Under the pieces are notes generated by a model. It made no database searches, was not told the DNA's origin, and saw nothing but the letters and a program-made list of their open reading frames with translations. Shown piece by piece: positions 46,047 to 56,640 of a DNA stretch of 64,000 bases (the stretch's first letter is position 1; every line of letters begins with the position of its first letter). Both the position numbers and the translations under genes were made by a program. The stretch comes from an uncultured Candidatus Poseidoniales archaeon (GTDB lineage Archaea > Thermoplasmatota > Poseidoniia > Poseidoniales > Thalassarchaeaceae): NCBI GenBank assembly GCA_964618995.1, contig CAZUBQ010000004.1:14601-78600 (forward strand). The letters are read 5' to 3'.

Positions 46047-46652
46047 TCAGCCTATCTGTAGCACGAGTTGCTCGTATGCCCGGGCACGGTGGCTAGCCTG
46101 TTCCTTCTGGGCGGGAGACATCTGTGCGTAAGTGAGACCATTCGCTCCAGCTTCATCCGGTATGAACAGCGGGTCGTAGCCGAATCCATGCTCACCGCGC
46201 GCCTCGGTAGCGATTACCCCGGCGCACGTTCCTTCGCCGATGAGCATTCGCTCGCCATCCCACATCGCCGCACAACATCCGAATTGTGCCGTGCGCTGCT
46301 CCCTTCCTTCGAGCAACGCAAGAATCCCATCAAGGCCTATCTGCCCGAGAATCGAAGCTGAATAGACACCCGGAAATCCACCCAATTCGTCAATGAACAG
46401 ACCCGCATCCTCGACTAGCAGGGCAGAGTCCGCCCTGCCGGCACCCGCTAGAAGAGCGAGACCCTGACTGATCTTCGAGTGGGCGACGGTGACGAGGTCA
46501 TCCGCCTGTGGTTCAATGATCTCGGGCGGCTCACCGTTGATGAGGAACTGCTCGACTGTGAACCCGAGCGGCTCGAAGTAGTGACGCGCCTCAGCGAGTT
46601 TGCCGGAATTTCCGGTCTGGAACAGTAGTTCGCGCCTCTGCATCTCTCTCAC
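46047..46652 (-). CDS. Non-canonical purine NTP pyrophosphatase (Ham1/RdgB/ITPase).
   Basis: FQTGNSGKLAEA...FGYDPLFIPDE are Ham1-family signatures. Confidence 0.85.
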   Translation of the reverse strand: MREMQRRELLFQTGNSGKLAEARHYFEPLGFTVEQFLINGEPPEIIEPQADDLVTVAHSKISQGLALLAGAGRADSALLVEDAGLFIDELGGFPGVYSASILGQIGLDGILALLEGREQRTAQFGCCAAMWDGERMLIGEGTCAGVIATEARGEHGFGYDPLFIPDEAGANGLTYAQMSPAQKEQASHRARAYEQLVLQIG

Positions 46653-47341
46653 CCGTGATAGCGCACCCGTGTGCGAATCTGCTCGAAGCGGGTGAGAATC
46701 TCGGCGGCGCTCGCCAACTGCTCCGCCGCGTGGTCAACGACTCCTGCGGCTTCCGCCGTGGAATAACCGGATAGCACCTGCTCCATCGCGTCCGCGTGCT
46801 CAGGGTGGCTGGCGGAGAGGCACTCGTGCAATACCTGCAGGTCGAGCCCGAACCGCTCCACTTCGGTGTTCCAACGTGCAAGACCAAAGTCAATCAGCGA
46901 GATTCCGGAGGCCTCGTCCCAGAGCAGGTTGTTCGTGGTCAGGTCACCGTGAACTGCGCCCTGTGCGTGGAGGTTTCGAATCGCTGTCCCAGTGGCTGCC
47001 AGCATCTCAGGAATCGACGCGGCTGCGGCAGGGTCGCGTAGACACTCGATGAGCGGGCGACCTGAGCGACGCTCTTGCACCATCCAACCTGAACTCATGT
47101 CGAGGGCGAGCACGTGTGGTACCGGGAGGCCAGAGATCGACAGCCGTTGCAGCATTCTGGCCTCCGAAGTCATGCGGCTCTTGGTGAGCCGTGCGTCAAG
47201 GTCGGGGTGTCGCCAAGCACGCGGCCTGCGCTCCTTGCGGATGGCGGGACGCCCAAGCCAGAGGCCGGCGTCGACAACCGCCTCAGCGCCGACATGCAAC
47301 CTGCATTCCTTCTCCCAAACCTGCATTCGGAACCCTCGCAC
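46649..47341 (-). CDS. bud32: KEOPS complex kinase Bud32.
   Basis: GAEAVV (Gly-rich loop), HGDLTTNNLL (catalytic loop), IDFGLA (DFG). Size is typical of archaeal Bud32. Confidence 0.75.
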   Translation of the reverse strand: MRGFRMQVWEKECRLHVGAEAVVDAGLWLGRPAIRKERRPRAWRHPDLDARLTKSRMTSEARMLQRLSISGLPVPHVLALDMSSGWMVQERRSGRPLIECLRDPAAAASIPEMLAATGTAIRNLHAQGAVHGDLTTNNLLWDEASGISLIDFGLARWNTEVERFGLDLQVLHECLSASHPEHADAMEQVLSGYSTAEAAGVVDHAAEQLASAAEILTRFEQIRTRVRYHG

Positions 47342-47414
47342 GCCGCTGCGCCGAATCGCGGACAGCAGATGGGTTCAAAGCGGTGGCGACATCAGCCTGT
47401 ACGAGGATTCGTCC

Positions 47415-48572
47415 ATGGCGATGCCCTTGCCCCAGGCGACCTGTGAGGTTGACTTGGCGGCCGAGCTCGCATCCGAAGAAGAACTCAGGCAGCGCATCAT
47501 CGCCGCCAAGGAAGAATTGGGTGACAGGTTGCTGATTCTAGGCCACCACTACCAGCGTGACGCAATCGTCGAGCATGCCGACGAGACGGGTGACTCGCTG
47601 CTGTTGTCGCGCCTCGCTGCCGCTAGCGACGCTGAGTGGATCGTCTTCTGCGGAGTTCACTTCATGGCAGAATCCGCTGACATCCTCACCCGTGACGACC
47701 AGGTCGTGATGATGCCCAACATCCGTGCTGGCTGCTCGATGGCTGACATGGCTGACCTCGCCGACGTCCAGCACTGTTGGAACGATCTCATCGACGGCTT
47801 CGGTCTACTCGATCCTGCGATGCGGGCTGACCCGGATGAGCCGGCCCCCCCCGGAGAGGCGTACCTCGTGCCTGTGACCTACATGAACAGCAGCGCAGAC
47901 CTCAAGGGGTTCGTAGGTGAGCACGGCGGAATCGTCTGTACTTCCACCAACGCCTCAGGGGTCCTCGAGTGGGCTCTCAAGCGGGCGGGCGTGGGGGGCA
48001 AGGTGCTCTTCTTCCCCGACCAGCATCTCGGCCGCAACACGGCTCTGAAGATGGGCTACCGAGAGTCCGACACCGCCGTCTGGAACCCGATGTTCGAATC
48101 CGACTGGGATGGTCTGCGAGACGCCACCTTCGTGCTCTGGCACGGCTACTGCTCGGTGCACCAGCGCTTCACCACTGAACAGATTGACACTCTGCGCGAA
48201 GCAGAGCCTCAGGCGCTCATCGTCGTCCACCCAGAGTGCGAGCGGGACGTTGTAGACGCGGCTGACCACGTAGGCTCGACTGAGGGAATCCGCAAGTTCT
48301 GTCGAGATGCTCCCGCAGGATCGGTCATCGGCGTGGGCACCGAGGTGCATCTGGTGCGCCGGCTCGACTCAGAGCACATCGACAAGGACATCCGCTGCCT
48401 CGACCCGGGTGTCTGTCCCTGTTCGACGATGTACATGATTCACCCGTCCTACCTCGCCGACCTGCTGGAGAACATCGTCAAGGGTGAACTTCCCAACCGA
48501 ATCATAGTTCCCGAACAGGTAGCGGATGACGCTGTGCTGGCACTCGACCGGATGCTCGACATCGACGCCTGA
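47415..48572 (+). CDS. nadA: Quinolinate synthase NadA.
   Basis: LILGHHYQRDAIVEHADETGDSL...VFCGVHFMAESADIL...VHPECERDVVDAADHVGSTEG. ORF 46992..48572 trimmed to MAMPLPQ. Confidence 0.85.
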   Translation: MAMPLPQATCEVDLAAELASEEELRQRIIAAKEELGDRLLILGHHYQRDAIVEHADETGDSLLLSRLAAASDAEWIVFCGVHFMAESADILTRDDQVVMMPNIRAGCSMADMADLADVQHCWNDLIDGFGLLDPAMRADPDEPAPPGEAYLVPVTYMNSSADLKGFVGEHGGIVCTSTNASGVLEWALKRAGVGGKVLFFPDQHLGRNTALKMGYRESDTAVWNPMFESDWDGLRDATFVLWHGYCSVHQRFTTEQIDTLREAEPQALIVVHPECERDVVDAADHVGSTEGIRKFCRDAPAGSVIGVGTEVHLVRRLDSEHIDKDIRCLDPGVCPCSTMYMIHPSYLADLLENIVKGELPNRIIVPEQVADDAVLALDRMLDIDA

Positions 48573-48578
48573 GTTTGC

Positions 48579-50669
48579 TCACTCTTCTTCGTCGTTAGAG
48601 CCGTTCTCACGTTGCCGCTGCAGTGACCAGACCAACAGCAATGGAATCAACAGCAACGTCACCAGTTGTAGAATGAAGGATGAGTAGGGCTCGAACGTTT
48701 CTTCCAGAGGGTGTACTCGTAGTTCGCTCGGTTCGTCTCCATCACCCTCTTGCAGCCAAGCGATGTGCCCCTCCATCACCTGCGGAGCCGTCTGATTGAC
48801 TGAATCTTCACCATGCAAGCGAAATGATCGATTCTCGTCGATGACGTGGAAGCGTACATCCCAATCCAACGCGTCCTCCGTCGGGTCGAGCGAGTTCAGG
48901 AACTGCTGGTGCTGCCAGGCGACATGGCCGTGACCCAGACTCGGAGCCGCTATGGGAAACAGCGGGTTCCCAAGCAATCGCTGCTCACCGGTGTCCAGAT
49001 TCACCAGCACCAGCCGATTCACAGCGCTCAGATTCACAATGGCTGCCAACCACCCCTCGTCGATTGCTATCTCCTCGATTGTGGCATTATCATAGTCCAC
49101 AGCAGTTCCAGTAAGTCGTTCCACCTCGGCGTCTATCAACGAATTTCGAGTCACGTTCAACTCAACAGTGACAGAGTGTGCCGGGCCAGAGAGCGAACGG
49201 ACCGTAACCGATGTCGGCGCATCAGACGTTACCCAGGCGAGTGAGTCATCTTCAGCCTCAATCATCGTGATGTTGAGATTCGATTCGTCCGGAAAAGGTT
49301 CGAAGTCTTCGTATTCGACAAGCGACCCCACCACACCATCCCACAGCACTAGGAACACCGCATTTCCGGATGTATCCTCGGTCAGGGCGAAGTCATCGTA
49401 CAGCGAATCGGTAGATGTCATCCAGTCTGAGTTAGTCGGATCGTCCAAGAATATGAGTCGGAGATTGTTTCCTGAGTAGACCAGTACATGATTCTCTGAC
49501 ACCAACAATTTCGGATTGGACAGATTGACTTGAGCCCGATAGGCAATACTGGTGGACAAGTCCCACATGGTCACGTTCGTACCACCGTCCTGGGTCTCTT
49601 CAGCAGCGACCAGCCAACCTCCTTCCCCAACTGCCTCCTCGGGCCAGGTGACACCCTCCGCCGGGAAATCCTGATGTGTCGCATCGTAGAGCAGCACTCC
49701 GCCCGTTGCCAGCAACATCACCACGATGACGCTGCTCGTCTGCGTCGACGACGGTCGCTTCAACCAAGCGAGCATCCCCGCGCCCCATCCTTTCAGCACC
49801 TTGAGCGGCCGACTCAGGTCCGCCAACAGCCAAGCCAACCGCGTGTTGAACGCCCGTTCATCTAGCCAGTGCCACACCCGCGCGTGCGAGCGTTCGGACA
49901 ACTGAACGGCGACGGCCGCCACGACCATGCCCCCGATGATGTCCACGAACCAGTGGATTCCGAGGTAGATGACGACAAAGCCGACGAGCAGACAAAACAC
50001 ACCTAGGAAAATGCGGAACTTGCGCCAACGGTTGTCGTGGTCCCAGCGGTGCAAGGAGAGCCAGGCGGCGAACGGGAGCCCGATGTGCAAGGAGGGCATG
50101 CCGTTGGTGAACGGGTCGATACGCATGAACCAGGTCTGGATCTCCGGTGTCAGATTGTAGGCGAGCGTCTCCATTCCAGGGATGAAATCGCCTGTGACGC
50201 GCACGTTGAAGAACAGGTAGAACGGGACTGCCAGCGCATAGACGTAGAACATCGCCAGGAACAGCCGGTCGGCCATCCAGCGGTCGTCGAAATAAACAAA
50301 GTAGAGCGTCGCCATGTAGGTCACCAGCATGTATCCCGCCACGTAGAAGTGGGTCGCGAGAAACGTTAACGGCTCACTCAGGAAGTACTGCTGCACCCAC
50401 AGTGAGAGGTCACCCTCAACCGCATACACGAATGGCGTCATGTCGAGGCGCGCATTGGCCATCAGGATGCGATCCGCCGAATCGAGCAGGTCCTTCCAGA
50501 CGTAGATGCTGAACACCACGGCGATGTGCAACCAGTAGCGCCGGAACATGTCGACGAAGCCGGCCAGCGTGACCCGCTTCCCCGCCGGTTTGAACAGCGG
50601 CATCAGCAGGATTCCGCCGAGCAGCGCGCCTGTCACCCAAGTGATGTAGACGCTCGTGACCGCTGCCAA
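48579..50669 (-). CDS. PAP2-superfamily (phosphatidic acid phosphatase type 2 / IPC-synthase-like) membrane protein fused to a large extracytoplasmic domain, with a C-terminal TM.
   Basis: PSLHIGLPF and HWFVDIIGG match the PAP2 PSGH/SRxxxxxHxxxD-type motifs within a 6-TM core. A ~380-aa soluble region follows and the protein ends in a TM helix. Confidence 0.6.
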   Translation of the reverse strand: MAAVTSVYITWVTGALLGGILLMPLFKPAGKRVTLAGFVDMFRRYWLHIAVVFSIYVWKDLLDSADRILMANARLDMTPFVYAVEGDLSLWVQQYFLSEPLTFLATHFYVAGYMLVTYMATLYFVYFDDRWMADRLFLAMFYVYALAVPFYLFFNVRVTGDFIPGMETLAYNLTPEIQTWFMRIDPFTNGMPSLHIGLPFAAWLSLHRWDHDNRWRKFRIFLGVFCLLVGFVVIYLGIHWFVDIIGGMVVAAVAVQLSERSHARVWHWLDERAFNTRLAWLLADLSRPLKVLKGWGAGMLAWLKRPSSTQTSSVIVVMLLATGGVLLYDATHQDFPAEGVTWPEEAVGEGGWLVAAEETQDGGTNVTMWDLSTSIAYRAQVNLSNPKLLVSENHVLVYSGNNLRLIFLDDPTNSDWMTSTDSLYDDFALTEDTSGNAVFLVLWDGVVGSLVEYEDFEPFPDESNLNITMIEAEDDSLAWVTSDAPTSVTVRSLSGPAHSVTVELNVTRNSLIDAEVERLTGTAVDYDNATIEEIAIDEGWLAAIVNLSAVNRLVLVNLDTGEQRLLGNPLFPIAAPSLGHGHVAWQHQQFLNSLDPTEDALDWDVRFHVIDENRSFRLHGEDSVNQTAPQVMEGHIAWLQEGDGDEPSELRVHPLEETFEPYSSFILQLVTLLLIPLLLVWSLQRQRENGSNDEEE

Positions 50670-50735
50670 GGCACCGCCTCCTCTGCGAACCTCTCAGCGC
50701 TCCTGCTTTTCCCCATTCCGGCAACGAGATGAAGT

Positions 50736-51764
50736 TCAGATGATCTTCAGGGATGAGCCAGTCGGGGCGCTCATTCCCTCGAGCAGCTTGTTGACGATGC
50801 CGTCGAATGCCAGCGCGGCCTCCCCATCCGGGTCGGCGATGATGCGGTGAACTCCGTCGTCTCCGCCGCGCACGATTCCCGGGTCGAACGGCAGCCTTCC
50901 GAGGAAGGGCACCCCCAATTCCTTGGCTGACTCCTCGCCTCCACCCTGCTTGAACAGGTCGAGCGTGACGCTCCATGCCCCTTCGTCGTCGGTCTCGACA
51001 TCGATAGGTACTCCATTCGGTCCCATCACACTCAGTTCAGAGTTCGGCGCGGCGGTTCCGTTCAGCGTGTAACCGCTCATGTTCTCGATGATTCCGAGCA
51101 CGGGCACCTTGACCGTCTCTGCGAAGTTGATCGACTTGCGGCTGTCCAACAGGGAGACCTCTTGGGGAGTAGTCACCACTACGACGCCGTCGATGTTCGG
51201 CAGTGACTGGGCCACGGTGAGCGGCTCGTCACTGGAACCGGGAGGGAAGTCGATGATCATGGCGTCGAGTTCGCCCCAAGCGACATCTCCGATGAACTGC
51301 TGGATGGCACCGAGTTTAATCGGCCCGCGCCAGATGATCGCCGCATCGGGGTCCTCGAGCAGAAATGCCATCGAGATCACCTTCAGGCCGTGCGGGCCGA
51401 TGGCAGGATGAATCTGACTGTCCTCTACCTGGAGGTCATGACCGCTCATGCCAAGCATCATGGGAACATTCGGCCCTGTTATGTCGATGTCCATGAGGCC
51501 GACCTTGAGTCCACGGCGCGCCAGTGAAAGAGCCAGTCCGGTGGAGACGGTCGTCTTGCCGACGCCTCCCTTTCCTGAGAGGACCATCAGCTTGCGCTTG
51601 ACCTGCTCGCCGATCTGGGTGATGCGCAGTTTACGCTGCATCTGGGCGTACGCCTGCTCCATCTTCGCCTGCTGTTCACCGGACGCCTTCTCCTCTTCAG
51701 GGGGTTCTCCTGCTTCACCTCCGCCTTCGTGATGCGAAATAGGTGAATCAGCCAAGTCCCTCAC
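50736..51764 (-). CDS. apbC: Mrp/NBP35/ApbC-family Fe-S cluster carrier ATPase.
   Basis: [18 protein letters not shown] (deviant Walker A) and the downstream CxxC region. Confidence 0.85.
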   Translation of the reverse strand: MRDLADSPISHHEGGGEAGEPPEEEKASGEQQAKMEQAYAQMQRKLRITQIGEQVKRKLMVLSGKGGVGKTTVSTGLALSLARRGLKVGLMDIDITGPNVPMMLGMSGHDLQVEDSQIHPAIGPHGLKVISMAFLLEDPDAAIIWRGPIKLGAIQQFIGDVAWGELDAMIIDFPPGSSDEPLTVAQSLPNIDGVVVVTTPQEVSLLDSRKSINFAETVKVPVLGIIENMSGYTLNGTAAPNSELSVMGPNGVPIDVETDDEGAWSVTLDLFKQGGGEESAKELGVPFLGRLPFDPGIVRGGDDGVHRIIADPDGEAALAFDGIVNKLLEGMSAPTGSSLKII

Positions 51765-51878
51765 TCCGGCTCAGGCCACCTGCGTGCCTCATTTCAATCA
51801 TTGGATGTGCCACTCAAACACCAAAGCCGAAATCTATGGACCCATTGTTGATGTAGTGTGGTCGGACGTGGACTGTAG

Positions 51879-52250
51879 ATGAAGGTCCTGTTCGTGTGTG
51901 TTGGCAATACTTGCCGCAGCCAGATGGCCGAAGGCTGGGCGCGACACCTAGGAATCGATGCTTCTTCTGCGGGTACGAAATTCGACTCAGGTCAGCCTGC
52001 TGATCCGAAGGCGGTGCAGGCGATGGCTGAGATAGGAATTGACATCTCCGCTGCCCTGTCAAAGCATGTTTCACAGTTCAGCGTAGTCGATTTCGACTAC
52101 TCGGCAACCATGGGCTGCGACGCGCAGTGTTCCTCAGAAATCAGGATTGATGACGACTGGAATCTGCCAGACCCGTACGGAAGCGCAATCGAGGTGTACC
52201 GAGAGACCCGCGACCTGATCGAGAAGAGAGTTCGCGCTCTACTCAAGTGA
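51879..52250 (+). CDS. Low-molecular-weight protein tyrosine phosphatase / ArsC-family protein.
   Basis: VLFVCVGNTCRSQMAEGW is a CX5R P-loop. Confidence 0.8.
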   Translation: MKVLFVCVGNTCRSQMAEGWARHLGIDASSAGTKFDSGQPADPKAVQAMAEIGIDISAALSKHVSQFSVVDFDYSATMGCDAQCSSEIRIDDDWNLPDPYGSAIEVYRETRDLIEKRVRALLK

Positions 52251-52607
52251 TTACTCTTCATCTCGGGCGGCCATCTCACCTATTCCCTCGATGTTGATGC
52301 GCACGACGCTGACCATGCTCGTCCGGTCATCACGCTCGACTTCCTCGCTGCCGATTTCGACGCCGAGAACGTTCACTTCTGGAGGCAGCATGCTCGCCAG
52401 ATGTCCGTTGCGCCGACGGCATATCTCGGCTGTGTCGATGGCGCGCTGCATGGCGTTCCCACGGGCGACTATCTCGATGTTGCGCTCTCCGCCCTGCATG
52501 GCGTTCAGCACTGCGGCGACGTAGACGTGAACGGGCTTGCGCCCGACGTAGATGGTCCTGATGTCCGTCACGGTCTCACCTGTCCTTCGGAGGGGGGCAC
52601 TAGACAT
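52251..52607 (-). CDS. alba: Alba DNA/RNA-binding chromatin protein.
   Basis: IYVGRKPVHVYVAAVLNAMQGGERNIEIVARGNAMQRAIDTAEICRRR is the Alba core. Confidence 0.8.
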   Translation of the reverse strand: MSSAPLRRTGETVTDIRTIYVGRKPVHVYVAAVLNAMQGGERNIEIVARGNAMQRAIDTAEICRRRNGHLASMLPPEVNVLGVEIGSEEVERDDRTSMVSVVRINIEGIGEMAARDEE

Positions 52608-52694
52608 TAATTGATGCGTCGAAGGCGAGGTTGATGGCGCACGTAGGGCATCCCGACAACCGTTTAAGCGGACTCCAAGTGGCGGCCGAATGCT

Positions 52695-52766
52695 GCGAGC
52701 GTAGTGTAGTGGTTATCACCGGGCGTTGCCAACGCCTGAACCCGAGTTCAACTCTCGGCGCTCGCA
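52695..52766 (+). tRNA. tRNA-Gly (anticodon GCC).
   Basis: Cloverleaf drawn by hand. Acceptor stem GCGAGCG/CGCTCGC, anticodon stem GGGCG/CGCCT with loop TTGCCAA, T-arm CCGAG-TTCAACT-CTCGG, discriminator A. No encoded CCA. Confidence 0.75.
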
Positions 52767-52819
52767 CTCCAAACGTGATACAGCGCTCTGTTTTCATCAG
52801 CATCGGAATTCGAGGAGAC

Positions 52820-55800
52820 TCATTCACCGCCCCAGCGGTCTTCCATGTCGTCTGTTCTCCGTAGAGCGATTCCGAGCCCGACGGCACCACCCAGGAGCAA
52901 CAGGCCGACGAGCACCAGAATGACCAGCGTGCTCGATGAGAACTCGAGGAACTCCTTGCCGGGATCGGTCAGGATGTTCGTCTCTGGCTCGGTGAGCATC
53001 ACCTCGACGCGCACTACCGGATCAGTGGCCGCCACGAACAGATCGACTCCGCGGAACTGCAGTTCTACGGGGCTGCCGGTCGGTAGGCCCTCGCGTACCT
53101 GCACCTCGATGGAATAGACTCCGTCGTCGGCGACAGCATCTGCTCCTTGGCCGTTGTCGGTCATCAACTGCCAATTCAGATCCTGACCTATGGGAGCGAG
53201 TGACATCAGCCGCGTCTGGACAGCGGAAACTCCGTCAGGGTCTTGCACCGCGACCGTGATCACATAGACCGAGGAACCTGAGCCTGTGTCCGGGACCACG
53301 ATCTCGGTTACAGCTGCGCCATCCTTGTAGAGAGTGAACTCGCTGATCGCCGGCCCTTCGTTGAGGATGTGCAGCCAAGGAACGGGGGAGGTCACCACTT
53401 CAGAGGAATCGGGGTCAGGAATGGCCGAACTGGCTACCCATTGACCATCGACATGGACCACTTGACGCGTCGCCCATGCGCCGGCACCGTCCTCGAGGTA
53501 GACCGTCAGCCGCAGGTCACCCGGCACCAGCGATGTGGGAATCTGCACCGTTCCTGACCATGAGTTGCCGCCATCGTCCGAAAGGTCAACGAGAGAGCCA
53601 CCCTCAGAGCGGAAGTCGACGGCCGTCCGTGCCACACCTAAGGCATCCCAAGCCTGGATGCTGACAGTGAGGTTCTCACCGCGGTGGACCGAATCGGTGG
53701 ACATCTGGAAGTCTGTCATTCGTGGTGCGCGGTGCGTCACCAGCAGTGTTGCTGTGGAATCGGTTGTAGAGGTGAACGAGTCGGTGACGGTCACCGGTGT
53801 GGACAGGTTACCCGCATCGGTTCCGGTGTAGACGAACGAGCCAGTGTAGATGTCGTCGTGGACGATCGAATCTCCGTCGAGCCCGATGTCATTCAGGTCG
53901 AGCGTGCCGAGGCCCATCGACGAGAGGTCGACGCTGACCGTGCGCACGTTCCAGTCAGGGTCGGAGATGACCGCCTCGACGTGCACGAGTCGGCCTCCTT
54001 CGTTGACCACACTCCCCTCCTGCAAACGGAAGTCGCCGATTTGTGGCGGCGTGTTCTCCGACTCGCTGATGATCGCCGGTGAGATGACTCGCTCGAGCGA
54101 CTGCACTTCGGTGAAGTTCAGCAGTTCGTCGACACCGATGTCGATACTGACTTCGCGCTGCACCTCTGCGATGAGCCCAGCGAGGATTCCGTTGTTGACC
54201 ACAGAACCCGAGGCGGTGCCCACACCACTGTATGTGCCGTTCCAGGTGGTGACCTGCATCAAATGCCCATCACGCGTGAACGTGTCGTATCCGTCGGCCA
54301 CTAGATCGAGCCACATCAGGTCGCTAGCATACAGGGAGAGCGAATCTCCCGGCAACATTTCGGTGGGCGCGAACCCAGCTTCTCGACTGATGTTCACATC
54401 TCCGAGCATGCTCTCGTCAGGGGTGTCATTCTGGGGAGTTGGGGCGATGGGGGAGTCCGGTGGCCATTCCTCACCCTGACTAGGGTCGTCGGACTGCTCG
54501 TCCCAGCGGAAGCGGATGGTGCGATTGGTGTAATTGTCGTAGACCACTTCGTAGTCGTGTGTCTCGTTGTAGTAGGCGCCCACGCCGAGATCACCCAGCA
54601 CACCTCCCCCAGTGATGTTGTACCACACCTCCTGATGAATCAGGTTGATCGGCCACAACACTCCGGTGTCGTTCGCCGTCTCACCTGTGCTCTGAATGCC
54701 GCGCAAGATACCAAAACTCCCACTGGTAGCTCCTGAGATATCGCCATCCAGATGGATGCTGTCAGCGGTCTTGTTGCCGTTCTGGCTCTCGAAGAAGAAC
54801 TCGATTATGTCCCCTGAAATCACGATTGACCCGTTTTCGTCATTGGTATCGCTGAACAGGAAGGAACCATCGCCGAGGAAGCGACTGAACTGGCTCACCA
54901 TGGTCCCGTTCTCTGTTCGTTCTCTGCTGATGAGTTGGTCAAGGTCGAAATCCAGGTATCCCTCATCTGTCTGAGTGTGCATCTGGGCAGTCGCTTCGAA
55001 CTCGATGTTGTTGAGCACGCGCTCACCGCCGACATCCTCGGTCTCCACCAGCAGAAGAGAAAGAGAGCCGTTGATCCACGTCTCCTCATCCCCATCCTGC
55101 GTAGAGATGTTCAGCATCCCATTCGCCTCGAGACGAATCGCCTCTGAAACTATGCCATCAGCGAGCGAGCGAGTGATGTACGAGTCGACGACATTGGCGG
55201 TTATCACCGTATTATCTCCTTCGTCATCCGTGTTCAGGACGAGGTTTCCTGCCCCGGCCATCTCAAACATCTGGCTGTCCAGTTCGGCGCCGACCATCGT
55301 CTCGTTGAGCCATATGCGAGTCAACTGCAGCGTGATCACCATGTTCGTGTCATCGGCAGTCTCGTTGATGACCAGCGTGCCAGTCCCGAGTTCATTGTGT
55401 TCGAGAATCTGGGCTGTGCGCTTCTGCCAACCCTGACCAGCGAAGTCGAGTTCGTAACTCTCCGAATCGCTCCCATCGGCAATCGAGTGCTCCAACTCCC
55501 ACTGCGTGGCGACCGTTACCTCGTGGTCCGCCAACGGTTGGTTCCACAGAGTCGCTACGACGGTTCTCGTCGCGGATGGAACCGAACCTTGGTCCATCCA
55601 CACTTCAACATCGACGGAATCAGCGAACGAGAGATTGGTTGGGACTACCACACGGTAGTGGGTGGAGTCTATCGGGTCGAGAGAGTTGTTCTCATCGCCC
55701 CAGAGATAAGTCCAGGATCCTAAAGCAGTCCCGTTCACATCAGAGTGAGTGACGTTCACCAACCAGTCGCTCGGGTCCGGAGCGGAACTGAATTCGATGA

Positions 55801-55996
55801 CGTAGCCGTGTTCAGCATGGTCATCACCGTCATCGTCAACCCAATCCACGTGGATGGTGATGTCAGGGAGTGATTGCCCCTGTGCAATCACAAGGGGTCC
55901 AGTGCTGACTCCGAGCATCAACAGAAGAACAAGCGTAGGCAGTAATCGAGAGGATTCTCTCACCATGGAGGTTGATGCGTTCGGTTCCCTCATCAA
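52820..55996 (-). CDS. Large (~1050 aa) secreted cell-surface protein with an N-terminal signal peptide and a C-terminal TM anchor.
   Basis: LLPTLVLLLMLGVSTGPLVIAQG signal peptide. C-terminal LVILVLVGLLLLGGAVGLGIALRRTDD. Asp/Thr/Asn-rich extracellular region. Confidence 0.75.
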   Translation of the reverse strand: MMREPNASTSMVRESSRLLPTLVLLLMLGVSTGPLVIAQGQSLPDITIHVDWVDDDGDDHAEHGYVIEFSSAPDPSDWLVNVTHSDVNGTALGSWTYLWGDENNSLDPIDSTHYRVVVPTNLSFADSVDVEVWMDQGSVPSATRTVVATLWNQPLADHEVTVATQWELEHSIADGSDSESYELDFAGQGWQKRTAQILEHNELGTGTLVINETADDTNMVITLQLTRIWLNETMVGAELDSQMFEMAGAGNLVLNTDDEGDNTVITANVVDSYITRSLADGIVSEAIRLEANGMLNISTQDGDEETWINGSLSLLLVETEDVGGERVLNNIEFEATAQMHTQTDEGYLDFDLDQLISRERTENGTMVSQFSRFLGDGSFLFSDTNDENGSIVISGDIIEFFFESQNGNKTADSIHLDGDISGATSGSFGILRGIQSTGETANDTGVLWPINLIHQEVWYNITGGGVLGDLGVGAYYNETHDYEVVYDNYTNRTIRFRWDEQSDDPSQGEEWPPDSPIAPTPQNDTPDESMLGDVNISREAGFAPTEMLPGDSLSLYASDLMWLDLVADGYDTFTRDGHLMQVTTWNGTYSGVGTASGSVVNNGILAGLIAEVQREVSIDIGVDELLNFTEVQSLERVISPAIISESENTPPQIGDFRLQEGSVVNEGGRLVHVEAVISDPDWNVRTVSVDLSSMGLGTLDLNDIGLDGDSIVHDDIYTGSFVYTGTDAGNLSTPVTVTDSFTSTTDSTATLLVTHRAPRMTDFQMSTDSVHRGENLTVSIQAWDALGVARTAVDFRSEGGSLVDLSDDGGNSWSGTVQIPTSLVPGDLRLTVYLEDGAGAWATRQVVHVDGQWVASSAIPDPDSSEVVTSPVPWLHILNEGPAISEFTLYKDGAAVTEIVVPDTGSGSSVYVITVAVQDPDGVSAVQTRLMSLAPIGQDLNWQLMTDNGQGADAVADDGVYSIEVQVREGLPTGSPVELQFRGVDLFVAATDPVVRVEVMLTEPETNILTDPGKEFLEFSSSTLVILVLVGLLLLGGAVGLGIALRRTDDMEDRWGGE

Positions 55997-56059
55997 TCCT
56001 CTGCCCCCGCGCCAGTAGTTGCATCATGGCGGGTGAACAAGGTTTCACCCTGCACCGCA

Positions 56060-56461
56060 TCAGAACAGAGGCTCTTCGAAGTCGTCCTCGTTGCGATTCC
56101 AAACGTCGGATGGGATGTCCTCATAGACATCAGCGAACGGATCGACCTCTTCGTCGTCTTCGCCGTCGAGATACTTGCGCGCCTTGTGCGCCAATTCCGC
56201 CTTGAACTTCCAGTAGTGGATACGCCATTCGCGTCCGTCCCAGAGGGTTGTCTCCTCCGATTCAGTGGTAAGCAGGTCGTAATCCTGAAACATGTAGAAC
56301 AGGTTGCGGTCGGTCGGCTCGAGCGCATTGTCAATGATGCGGTCGTAGTAGCCGAAGAAACCGAGCGCGTGCTCAGCCATGCCCTCTGCCACGATTGGTT
56401 CCATCTCCTTGTCGATATGGCGACGAATCGCCTCAGTCAGTTCTGCTAGTGACATTCCCAT
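56060..56461 (-). CDS. Hypothetical small acidic protein (133 aa).
   Basis: ORF 56060..56881 trimmed to MGMSLAEL, which is preceded by a GGAGTG RBS. The Pro/Arg-rich N-terminal extension was rejected. Confidence 0.4.
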   Translation of the reverse strand: MGMSLAELTEAIRRHIDKEMEPIVAEGMAEHALGFFGYYDRIIDNALEPTDRNLFYMFQDYDLLTTESEETTLWDGREWRIHYWKFKAELAHKARKYLDGEDDEEVDPFADVYEDIPSDVWNRNEDDFEEPLF

Positions 56462-56640
56462 GTTGCTCACTCCGTCGGTTCCGGTAGATGTCGCAGCGAT
56501 GTCCCCCACATCACTTGCACCATTTATTCTGTTGCCCGCAATATATGAACAATGTGGCGAAAACGACCCCTTTTCACCCTCCAAGTGCCCGAGCGAACGA
56601 TTATGCCGGACAGGTGGGAGAGGCGGACGGTTGTGTGCGG

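Noticed and set aside
46992-47414. 5' extension of the NadA ORF. Similar long N-terminal extensions on 8501..8617, 56488..56640, 56462..56881(-) and 30274..30597.
   Set aside because: The extensions overlap upstream genes or translate as Arg/Pro-rich junk. Conserved N-termini of the respective families begin at the internal Met chosen.
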